A program made the translations under genes and the position numbers. Positions 27,301-39,300 of a DNA stretch of 64,000 nt are shown one piece after another. Under the pieces are notes generated by a model, which had not been told where the DNA came from, searched no databases, and saw only the letters and a list, made by a program, of their open reading frames with translations. Within the stretch, counting starts at the first letter, position 1, and each line of letters begins with the position of its first letter. Source of the stretch: Auanema rhodensis (Eukaryota > Animalia > Nematoda); contig OZ059898.1 in NCBI GenBank assembly GCA_964057225.1, positions 4,960,001 through 5,024,000 of the forward strand, written 5' to 3'.

Positions 27301-30300
27301 GACTCCCATCTGGTCCAACAACTGGGTAGATAACATTTCCTGATTCATCAGTTGGTAATTCCTTAGTACTTGATTCTTCGGAATCTGGTGAACTGGATGG
27401 GTAGATGTAGTTTCCGGAAGCATCAGTTGGGAGAACTTCACCATCAGGTCCGAGTGGTTTTCCTTCGTCGTCAGTTGGAACGATTGAACCATCAGCAGCA
27501 ACATGTTGACCAGAAGCATCAGTTGGAAGTGGACTTCCGTCTGGACCCACAACTGGGTAGATAACATTTCCTGATTCGTCAGTTGGTAATTCCTTAGTAC
27601 TTGATTCTTCGGAATCTGGTGAACTGGATGGGTAGATGTAGTTTCCGGAAGCATCAGTTGGGAGAACTTCACCATCAGGTCCGAGTGGTTTTCCTTCGTC
27701 GTCAGTCGGAACGATTGAACCATCAGCAGCAACATGTTGACCAGAAGCATCAGTTGGAAGTGGACTTCCATCTGGTCCAACAACTGGGTAGATAACATTT
27801 CCTGATTCATCAGTTGGTAATTCCTTTGTTTCAGTGATATCTTCCATTGGTACATTAACATAACGTCCAGAATTATCTGTAGGGAGAGGTGAACCATCTT
27901 GACCAAGTGGGTGACCACTAGCATCAGTAGGAATAACTTGGCCATCAGGACCTAGGTAAGCTCCACTATCATCTGTTGGAAGTGGAGTACCGTCTGGTCC
28001 AAGCACACTCATTTTAGGGTAAGATTCTGATTGTTTTTCTTGTTCATGTGATTGGTTCGTTGTTGGTTGATGTACAGTTTGTTCCTTTATTCTTTCAAAA
28101 ACTAGTCCTTGTCTTTTGCATATTTCAATCATTTTATCTCTGATTGCGTTTTCTTGTTTCACTTCAGAGATCAGCATAGTAATGGTATTAGAAATATGCA
28201 TTTGTATCCTAAAATTACATAGATTGCTGGCATTGCCATGAAAAATCAAAAAATACTCACCTAGGTGTTTGTTGTGTTAAGAAGATTACAATCCTCTGAC
28301 AATCTGCACGCTTGAAAGTGCTGAATTGCTGCATTACTGCTCCTTCGATTTCAGTTTCTTTTGATTCAGTTCTTGGTCTAAATTCACTTTCACCTGCTAG
28401 AATAGATTTAAGGTGTTCTTTCTCTTGATATCCGCCCAGAGGTAAAGGCACAATTATTTGGTCGCCGACCAACAGAACACCTAGTCGAGTCACATCCGGC
28501 GAAAGATCCAGTTGACCAGTAAGTTTTCGAATAGCTTTTAAGGAACTTTTATAGAAAGCTTCATCCAATCCATTATCAACAACAACAATTATATCAGCTT
28601 TCATTCCCTTTATATCACATTCATCCGTTGCCAATGAATTGGTTTCTTGCTCATTTGTTATGGTTCCAACAGCAGGATAGTTGTACTTTCCGGACATATC
28701 CGTGGGGAGAACTTCTCCATCAGCTCCGAGTGGCTTTCCTTCATCGTCTGTGGGAACGATAGAACCGTCAGCAGCAACATGTTGACCAGAAGCATCAGTT
28801 GGAAGTGGACTTCCATCTGGACCAATAACTGGGTAGATGACATTTCCGGATTCGTCTGTAGGCAATTCCTTAGTCGTGGATTCTTCGGAATCTGGTGTAC
28901 TGGATGGGTAGATATAGTTTCCGGAAGCATCCGTTGGGAGAACTTCTCCATCAGGTCCGAGTGGCTTTCCTTCATCGTCAGTTGGAACGATAGAACCGTC
29001 AGCAGCAACATGTTGACCAGAAGCATCAGTTGGAAGTGGACTTCCATCTGGTCCAACAACTGGGTAGATAACATTTCCGGATTCGTCTGTAGGCAATTGC
29101 TCAGTAGCAGATTCGACAGAATCTGGTGAACTGGATGGGTATATATAGTTACCCGAAGCATCGATAGGGAGCACTTCTCCATCAGGTCCGAGTGGTTTTC
29201 CTTCGTCGTCAGTTGGAACGATTGAACCATCAGCAGCAACATGTTGACCAGAAGTATCAGTTGGAAGTGGACTTCCATCTGGACCCACAACTGGGTAGAT
29301 GACATTTCCGGATTCATCAGTTGGTAATTCCTTTGCTTCGGTGATATCTTCCATTGGTACATTAACATAACGTCCAGTATTATCTGTAGGGAGAGGTGAA
29401 CCATCTTGACCAAGTGGGTGACCACTAGCATCAGTAGGAATTACTTGGCCATCAGGTCCAAGGTAAGCTCCACTATCATCTGTTGGAAGTGCAGTACCGT
29501 CTGGTCCCACTACAGCAAAAGGTGTTGTCTGCGTGACTTCTGTCTTTTCGGCTTCGGAATCTCGTGAACTAGATGGGTAGATGTAGTTTCCGGAAGCATC
29601 CGTTGGGAGCACTTCTCCATCAGGTCCGAGTGGTTTTCCATCGTCGTCAGTTGGAACGATTGAACCGTCAGCAGCGACATGTTGACCAGAAGCCTCAGTT
29701 GGAAGTGGACTTCCATCTGGTCCAACAACTGGGTAGATAACATTTCCTGATTCATCAGTTGGTAATTCCTTAGATGTGGATTCTTCTGAATCTGGTGAGC
29801 TGGATGGGTAGATGTAGTTTCCGGAAGCATCAGTTGGGAGCACTTCTCCATCAGGTCCGATTGGCTTTCCGTCATCGTCAGTTGGAACGATTGAACCGTC
29901 AGCAGCGACATGTTGACCAGAAGCATCAGTTGGAAGTGGACTTCCATCTGGTCCAACAACTGGGTAGATAACATTTCCGGATTCGTCTGTAGGCGATTGC
30001 TCAGTAGCAGATTCGACAGAATCTGGTGAACTGGATGGGTAGATATAGTTACCCAAAGCATCAGTTGGGAGAACTTCTCCATCAGGTCCGAGTGGTTTTC
30101 CTTCGTCGTCAGTTGGAACGATTGAACCGTCAGCAGTGACATGTTGTCCAGAAGCATCAGTTGGAAGTGGACTTCCATCAGGTCCAACAACTGGGTAGAT
30201 AACATTTCCTGAATCATCAGTTGGTAATTCCTTTGCTTCGGTGATATCTTCCATTGGTACATGAACATAACGTCCAGTATTATCTGTAGGGAGAAGTGAA

Positions 30301-33300
30301 CCATCTTGACCAAGTGGGTGACCACTAGCATCAGTAGGAATTACTTGGCCATCAGGACCAAGGTAAGCTCCACTATCATCTGTTGGAAGTGCAGTACCGT
30401 CTGGTCCCACTACAGCAAAAGGTGTTGTCTGCGTGACTTCTGTCTTTTCGGCTTCGGAATCTGGTGAACTAGATGGGTAGATGTAGTTTCCGGAAGCATC
30501 CGTTGGGAGCACTTCTCCATCAGGTCCGAGTGGTTTTCCTTCGTCGTCAGTTGGAACGATTGAACCGTCAGCAGCGACATGTTGACCAGAAGCATCAGTT
30601 GGAAGTGGACTTCCATCTGGTCCAACAACTGGGTAAATAACATTTCCTGATTCATCAGTTGGTAATTGCTTAGTTGTGGATTCTTCGGAATCTGGTGAGC
30701 TGGATGGGTAGATGTAGTTTCCGGAAGCATCAGTTGGGAGAACTTCACCATCAGGTCCGAGTGGTTTTCCTTCGTCGTCAGTTGGAACGATTGAACCATC
30801 AGCAGCAACATGTTGACCAGAAGCATCAGTTGGAAGTGGACTTCCATCTGGACCCACAACTGGGTAGATGACATTTCCGGATTCGTCTGTAGGCAATTGC
30901 TCAGTAGCAGATTCGACAGAATCTGGTGAACTGGATGGGTAGATGTAGTTTCCGGAAGCATCAGTTGGGAGCACTTCTCCATCAGGTCCGAGTGGTTTTC
31001 CTTCGTCGTCAGTTGGAACGATTGAACCATCAGCAGCAACATGTTGACCAGAAGCATCAGTTGGAAGTGGACTTCCATCTGGTCCAACAACTGGGTAGAT
31101 AACATTTCCTGATTCATCAGTTGGTAATTCCTTAGTTGTGGATTCTTCGGAATCTGGTGAACTAGATGGGTAGATGTAATTTCCGGAAGCATCAGTTGGG
31201 AGCACTTCTCCATCAGGTCCGAGCGGCTTTCCTTCATCATCAGTTGGAACGATTGAACCATCAGCAGCAACATGTTGACCAGAAGCATCAGTTGGAAGTG
31301 GACTTCCATCTGGTCCAACAACTGGGTAGATAACATTTCCTGATTCATCAGTTGGTAATTCCTTAGTTGTGGATTCTTCGGAATCTGGTGAGCTGGATGG
31401 GTAGATGTAGTTTCCGGAAGCATCAGTTGGGAGCACTTCTCCATCAGGTCCGAGTGGTTTTCCTTCGTCGTCAGTTGGAACGATTGAACCGTCAGCAGCA
31501 ACATGTTGACCAGAAGCATCAGTTGGAAGTGGACTTCCATCTGGTCCAACAACTGGGTAGATAACATTTCCTGATTCATCAGTTGGTAATTCCTTAGTTG
31601 TGGATTCTTCGGAATCTGGTGAGCTGGATGGGTAGATGTAGTTTCCGGAAGCATCAGTTGGGAGCACTTCTCCATCAGATCCTAGTGGTTTTCCTTCGTC
31701 GTCAGTTGGAATATTTGAACCATCGGCAGCAACATGTTGACCAGAAGCATCAGTTGGAAGTGGACTTCCATCTGGTCCAACAACTGGGTAGATAACATTT
31801 CCTGATTCATCAGTTGGTAATTCCTTAGTTGTGGATTCTTCGGAATCTGGTGAACTAGATGGGTAGATGTAGTTTCCGGAAGCATCCGTTGGGAGAACTT
31901 CTCCATCAGGTCCGAGTGGTTTTCCTTCGTCGTCAGTTGGAACGATTGAACCGTCAGCAGTGACATGTTGTCCAGAAGCATCAGTTGGAAGTGGACTTCC
32001 ATCAGGTCCAACAACTGGGTAGATAACATTTCCTGATTCATCAGTTGGTAATTCTTTTGCTTCGGTGATATCTTCCATTGGTACATTAACATAACGTCCA
32101 GAATTATCTGTAGGGAGAGGTGAACCATCTTGACCAAGTGGGTGACCACTAGCATCAGTAGGAATTACTTGGCCATCAAGACCAAGGTAAGCTCCACTAT
32201 CATCTGTTGGAAGTGCAGTACCGTCTGGTCCCACTACAGCAAAAGGTGTTGTCTGCGTGACTTCTGTCTTTTCGGCTTCGGAATCTGGTGAACTAGATGG
32301 GTAGATGTAGTTTCCGGAAGCATCCGTTGGGAGCACTTCTCCATCAGGTCCAAGTGGTTTTCCTTCGTCGTCAGTTGGAATATTTGAACCATCGGCAGCA
32401 ACATGTTGACCAGAAGCATCAGTTGGAAGTGGACTTCCATCTGGTCCAACAACTGGGTAGATAACATTTCCTGATTCATCACTTGGTAATTCCTTAGATG
32501 TGGATTCTTCTGAATCTGGTGAGCTGGATGGGTAGATGTAGTTTCCGGAAGCATCAGTTGGGAGCACTTCTCCATCAGGTCCGAGTGGTTTTCCTTCGTC
32601 GTCAGTTGGAATATTTGAACCATCGGCAGCAACATGTTGACCAGAAGCATCAGTTGGATGTGGACTTCCATCTGGTCCAACAACTGGGTAGATAACATTT
32701 CCGGATTCATCAGTTGGTAATTCCTTAGTTGTGGATTCTTCGGAATCTGGTGAACTAGATGGGTAGATGTAGTTTCCGGAAGCATCCGTTGGGAGCACTT
32801 CTCCATCAGGTCCGAGTGGTTTTCCTTCGTCGTCAGTTGGAACGATAGAACCGTCAGCGGCGACATGTTGACCAGAAGCATCAGTTGGAAGTGGACTTCC
32901 ATCTGGACCCACAATTGGGTAGATGACATTTCCGGATTCATCAGTTGGTAATTCCTTAGTTGTGGATTCTTCGGAATCTGGTGAACTGGATGGGTAGATA
33001 TAGTTACCCAAAGCATCGGTAGGGAGCACTTCTCCATCAGGTCCGAGTGGTTTTCCTTCGTCGTCAGTCTGAACTATCGAACCGTCAACAGCAACATGTT
33101 GACCAGAAACATCAGTTGGAAGTGGACTTCCATCTGGTCCAACAACTGGGTAGACAACATTTCCTGATTCGTCTGTAGGCAATTGCTCAGTAGCAGATTC
33201 GACAGAATCTGGTGAACTGGATGGGTAGATGTAGTTACCCGAAGCATCGGTAGGGAGCACTTCTCCATCAGGTCCGAGTGGTTTTCCGTCGTCGTCAGTT

Positions 33301-36300
33301 GGAACGATAGAGCCGTCAGCAGCGACATGTTGACCAGAAGCATCAGTTGGAAGTGGACTTCCATCTGGTCCAACAACTGGGTAGATAACATTTCCTGATT
33401 CATCAGTTGGTAATTCCTTTGCTTCGGTGATATCTTCCATTGGTACATGAACATAACGTCCAGTATTATCTGTAGGGAGCGGTGAACCATCTTGACCAAG
33501 TGGGTGACCGTTAGCATCAATAGGAATTACTTGGCCATCAGGACCTAGGTAAGCTCCACTATCATCTGTTGGAAGTGGAGTACCGTCTGGTCCCACTACA
33601 GCAATAGGTGTTGTCTGCGTGACTTCTGCTTTTTTGGCTTCGGAATCTGGTGAACTAGATGGGTAGATGTAGTTTCCGGAAGCATCCGTTGGGAGAACTT
33701 CTCCATCAGGTCCGAGTGGTTTTCCTTCGTCGTCAGTTGGAACGATTGAACCGTCAGCAGCAACATGTTGACCAGAAGCATCAGTTGGAATTGGACTTCC
33801 ATCTGGTCCAACAACTGGGTAGATAACATTTCCTGATTCATCAGTTGGTAATTCCTTAGTTGTGGATTCTTCGGAATCTGGTGAACTGGATGGGTAGATG
33901 TAGTTTCCAGAAGCATCAGTTGGGAGAACTTCTCCATCAGGTCCGAGTGGTTTTCCTTCGTCGTCAGTTGGAACGATAGAACCGTCAGCAGCAACATGTT
34001 GACCAGAAGCATCAGTTGGAAGTGGACTTCCATCTGGTCCAACAACTGGGTAGACAACATTTCCTGATTCGTCTGTAGGCAATTCCTTAGATGTGGATTC
34101 TTCGGAATCTGGTGAACTGGATGGGTAGATGTAGTTTCCGGAAGCATCAGTTGGGAGAACTTCACCATCAGGTCCGAGTGGTTTTCCTTCGTCGTCAGTT
34201 GGAACGATCGAACCATCAGCAGCAACATGTTGACCAGAAGCATCAGTTGGAAGTGGACTTCCATCTGGTCCAACAACTGGGTAGATAACATTTCCTGATT
34301 CATCAGTTGGTAATTCCTTAGTTGTGGATTCTTCGGAATCTGGTGAACTGGATGGGTAGATGTAGTTTCCAGAAGCATCAGTTGGGAGAACTTCTCCATC
34401 AGGTCCGAGTGGTTTTCCTTCATCGTCAGTTGGAACGATTGAACCGTCAGCAGCAACATGTTGACCAGAAGCATCAGTTGGAAGTGGACTTCCATCTGGT
34501 CCAACAACTGGGTAGACAACATTTCCTGATTCGTCTGTAGGCAATTCCTTAGATGTGGATTCTTCGGAATCTGGTGAACTGGATGGGTAGATGTAGTTTC
34601 CGGAAGCATCAGTTGGGAGAACTTCACCATCAGGTCCGAGTGGTTTTCCTTCGTCGTCAGTTGGAACGATCGAACCATCAGCAGCAACATGTTGACCAGA
34701 AGCATCAGTTGGAAGTGGACTTCCATCTGGTCCAACAACTGGGTAGATAACATTTCCTGATTCATCAGTTGGTAATTCCTTAGTTGTGGATTCTTCGGAA
34801 TCTGGTGAACTGGATGGGTAGATGTAGTTTCCAGAAGCATCAGTTGGGAGAACTTCTCCATCAGGTCCGAGTGGTTTTCCTTCATCGTCAGTTGGAACGA
34901 TTGAACCGTCAGCAGCAACATGTTGACCAGAAGCATCAGTTGGAAGTGGACTTCCATCTGGTCCAACAACTGGGTAGATAACATTTCCTGATTCATCAGT
35001 TGGTAATTCCTTAGTTGTGGATTCTTCGGAATCTGGTGAACTGGATGGGTAGATGTAGTTTCCAGAAGCATCAGTTGGGAGAACTTCTCCATCAGGTCCG
35101 AGTGGTTTTCCTTCATCGTCAGTTGGAACGATTGAACCGTCAGCAGCAACATGTTGTCCAGAAGCATCAGTTGGAAGTGGACTTCCATCTGGTCCCACAA
35201 CTGGGTAGATAACATTTCCTGATTCGTCTGTAGGCAATTGTTCAGTAGCAGATTCACCAGAATCTGGCGAGACAGAGGGGTAGATGTAGTTTCCAGAAGC
35301 ATCAGTTGGGAGAACTTCTCCATCAGGTCCGAGTGGTTTTCCTTCGTCGTCAGTTGGAACGATTGAACCGTCAGCAGCAACATGTTGACCAGAAGCATCA
35401 GTTGGTAGTGGACTTCCATCTGGTCCCACAACTGGGTAGATAACATTTCCTGATTCGTCTGTAGGCAATTGTTCAGTAGCAGATTCACCAGAATCTGGCG
35501 AGACAGAGGGGTAGATGTAGTTTCCAGAAGCATCAGTTGGGAGAACTTCTCCATCAGGTCCGAGTGGTTTTCCTTCGTCGTCAGTTGGAACGATTGAACC
35601 GTCAGCAGCAACATGTTGACCAGAAGCATCAGTTGGTAGTGGACTTCCATCTGGTCCCACAACTGGGTAGATAACATTTCCTGATTCGTCTGTAGGCAAT
35701 TGTTCAGTAGCAGATTCACCAGAATCTGGTGAACTGGATGGGTAGATATAGTTACCCGAAGCATCGGTAGGGAGCACTTCTCCATCAGGTCCGAGTGGTT
35801 TTCCGTCGTCGTCAGTTGGAACGATAGAACCGTCAGCAGCGACATGTTGACCAGAAGCATCAGTTGGAAGTGGACTTCCATCTGGTCCAACAACTGGGTA
35901 GATAACATTTCCTGATTCGTCTGTAGGCAATTCCTTAGATGTGGATTCTTCGGAATCTGGTGAACTGGATGGGTAGATGTAGTTTCCGGAAGCATCAGTT
36001 GGGAGAACTTCACCATCAGGTCCGAGTGGTTTTCCTTCGTCGTCAGTTGGAACGATCGAACCATCAGCAGCAACATGTTGACCAGAAGCATCAGTTGGAA
36101 GTGGACTTCCATCTGGTCCAACAACTGGGTAGATAACATTTCCTGATTCATCAGTTGGTAATTCCTTAGTTGTGGATTCTTCGGAATCTGGTGAACTGGA
36201 TGGGTAGATGTAGTTTCCAGAAGCATCAGTTGGGAGAACTTCTCCATCAGGTCCGAGTGGTTTTCCTTCATCGTCAGTTGGAACGATTGAACCGTCAGCA

Positions 36301-39300
36301 GCAACATGTTGACCAGAAGCATCAGTTGGAAGTGGACTTCCATCTGGTCCAACAACTGGGTAGATAACATTTCCTGATTCATCAGTTGGTAATTCCTTAG
36401 TTGTGGATTCTTCGGAATCTGGTGAACTGGATGGGTAGATGTAGTTTCCAGAAGCATCAGTTGGGAGAACTTCTCCATCAGGTCCGAGTGGTTTTCCTTC
36501 ATCGTCAGTTGGAACGATTGAACCGTCAGCAGCAACATGTTGTCCAGAAGCATCAGTTGGAAGTGGACTTCCATCTGGTCCCACAACTGGGTAGATAACA
36601 TTTCCTGATTCGTCTGTAGGCAATTGTTCAGTAGCAGATTCACCAGAATCTGGCGAGACAGAGGGGTAGATGTAGTTTCCAGAAGCATCAGTTGGGAGAA
36701 CTTCTCCATCAGGTCCGAGTGGTTTTCCTTCGTCGTCAGTTGGAACGATTGAACCGTCAGCAGCAACATGTTGACCAGAAGCATCAGTTGGTAGTGGACT
36801 TCCATCTGGTCCCACAACTGGGTAGATAACATTTCCTGATTCGTCTGTAGGCAATTGTTCAGTAGCAGATTCACCAGAATCTGGCGAGACAGAGGGGTAG
36901 ATGTAGTTTCCAGAAGCATCAGTTGGGAGAACTTCTCCATCAGGTCCGAGTGGTTTTCCTTCGTCGTCAGTTGGAACGATTGAACCGTCAGCAGCAACAT
37001 GTTGACCAGAAGCATCAGTTGGTAGTGGACTTCCATCTGGTCCCACAACTGGGTAGATAACATTTCCTGATTCGTCTGTAGGCAATTGTTCAGTAGCAGA
37101 TTCACCAGAATCTGGTGAACTGGATGGGTAGATATAGTTACCCGAAGCATCGGTAGGGAGCACTTCTCCATCAGGTCCGAGTGGTTTTCCGTCGTCGTCA
37201 GTTGGAACGATAGAACCGTCAGCAGCGACATGTTGACCAGAAGCATCAGTTGGAAGTGGACTTCCATCTGGTCCAACAACTGGGTAGATAACATTTCCTG
37301 ATTCATCAGTTGGTAATTCCTTTGCTTCGGTGATATCTTCCATTGGTACATGAACATAACGTCCAGTATTATCTGTAGGGAGCGGTGAACCATCTTGACC
37401 AAGTGGGTGACCGTTAGCATCAGTAGGAATTACTTGGCCATCAGGACCTATATAAGCTCCACTATCATCTGTTGGAAGTGGAGTACCGTCTGGTCCCACT
37501 ACAGCAATAGGTGCTGTTTCCGTAACTTCGGCTTTTTCAGCTTCGGAATCTGGTGAACTAGATGGGTAGATGTAGTTTCCAGAAGCATTAGTTGGGAGAA
37601 CTTCTCCATCAGGTCCGAGTGGTTTTCCTTCGTCGTCAGTTGGAACGATTGAACCGTCAGCAGCAACATGTTGACCAGAAGCATCAGTTGGAAGTGGACT
37701 TCCATCTGGTCCCACAACTGGGTAGATAACATTTCCTGATTCGTCTGTAGGCAATTGTTCAGTAGCAGATTCACCAGAATCTGGCGAGACAGAGGGGTAG
37801 ATGTAGTTTCCAGAAGCATCAGTTGGGAGAACTTCTCCATCAGGCCCGAGTGGTTTTCCTTCGTCGTCAGTTGGAACGATTGAACCGTCAGCAGCAACAT
37901 GTTGACCAGAAGCATCAGTTGGAAGTGGGCTTCCATCTGGTCCAACAACTGGGTGGATAACATTTCCTGATTCGTCTGTAGGCAATTGTTCAGTAGCAGA
38001 TTTACCAGAATCTGGCGAGACAGAGGGGTAGATGTAGTTTCCAGAAGCATCAGTTGGGAGAACTTCTCCATCAGGTCCGAGTGGTTTTCCTTCGTCGTCA
38101 GTTGGAACGATTGAACCGTCAGCAGCAACATGTTGACCAGAAGCATCAGTTGGAAGTGGACTTCCATCTGGTCCAACAACTGGGTGGATAACATTTCCTG
38201 ATTCGTCTGTAGGCAGTTGTGCAGTAGCAGATTCACCAGAATCTGGCGAGACAGAGGGGTAGATGTAGTTTCCAGAAGCATCAGTTGGGAGAACTTCTCC
38301 ATCAGGTCCGAGTGGTTTTCCTTCGTCGTCAGTTGGAACGATTGAACCGTCAGCAGCAACATGTTGACCAGAAGCATCAGTTGGAAGTGGGCTTCCATCT
38401 GGTCCAACAACTGGGTAGATAACATTTCCTGATTCGTCTGTAGGCAATTCCTTAGTTGTGGATTCTTCGGAATCTGGCGAGACAGATGGGTAGATGTAGT
38501 TTCCAGAAGCATCAGTTGGGAGAACTTCTCCATCAGGTCCGAGTGGTTTTCCTTCGTCGTCAGTTGGAACGATTGAACCGTCAGCAGCAACATGTTGACC
38601 AGAAGCATCAGTTGGAAGTGGGCTTCCATCTGGTCCAACAACTGGGTAGATAACATTTCCTGATTCGTCTGTAGGCAATTCCTTAGTTGTGGATTCTTCG
38701 GAATCTGGCGAGACAGATGGGTAGATGTAGTTTCCAGAAGCATCAGTTGGGAGAACTTCTCCATCAGGTCCGAGTGGTTTTCCTTCGTCGTCAGTTGGAA
38801 CGATTGAACCGTCAGCAGCAACATGTTGACCAGAAGCATCAGTTGGTAGTGGACTTCCATCTGGTCCCACAACTGGGTAGATAACATTTCCTGATTCGTC
38901 TGTAGGCAATTGTTCAGTAGCAGATTCACCAGAATCTGGCGAGACAGAGGGGTAGATGTAGTTTCCAGCAGCATCAGTTGGGAGAACTTCTCCATCAGGT
39001 CCTAGTGGTTTTCCTTCGTCGTCCGTTGGAACGATTGAACCGTCAGCAGCAACATGTTGACCAGAAGCATCAGTTGGTAGTGGACTTCCATCTGGTCCCA
39101 CAACTGGGTAGATAACATTTCCTGATTCGTCTGTAGGCAATTGTTCAGTAGCAGATTCACCAGAATCTGGCGAGACAGAGGGGTAGATGTAGTTTCCAGA
39201 AGCATCAGTTGGGAGAACTTCTCCATCAGGTCCTAGTGGTTTTCCTTCGTCGTCAGTTGGAACGATTGAACCGTCAGCAGCAACATGTTGACCAGAAGCA

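Noticed and set aside
7606-38884. Dozens of 60-72 aa plus-strand ORFs ([12 protein letters not shown]...)
   Set aside because: Antisense by-products recurring every 231 bp, mostly with non-ATG starts and no independent gene signals.
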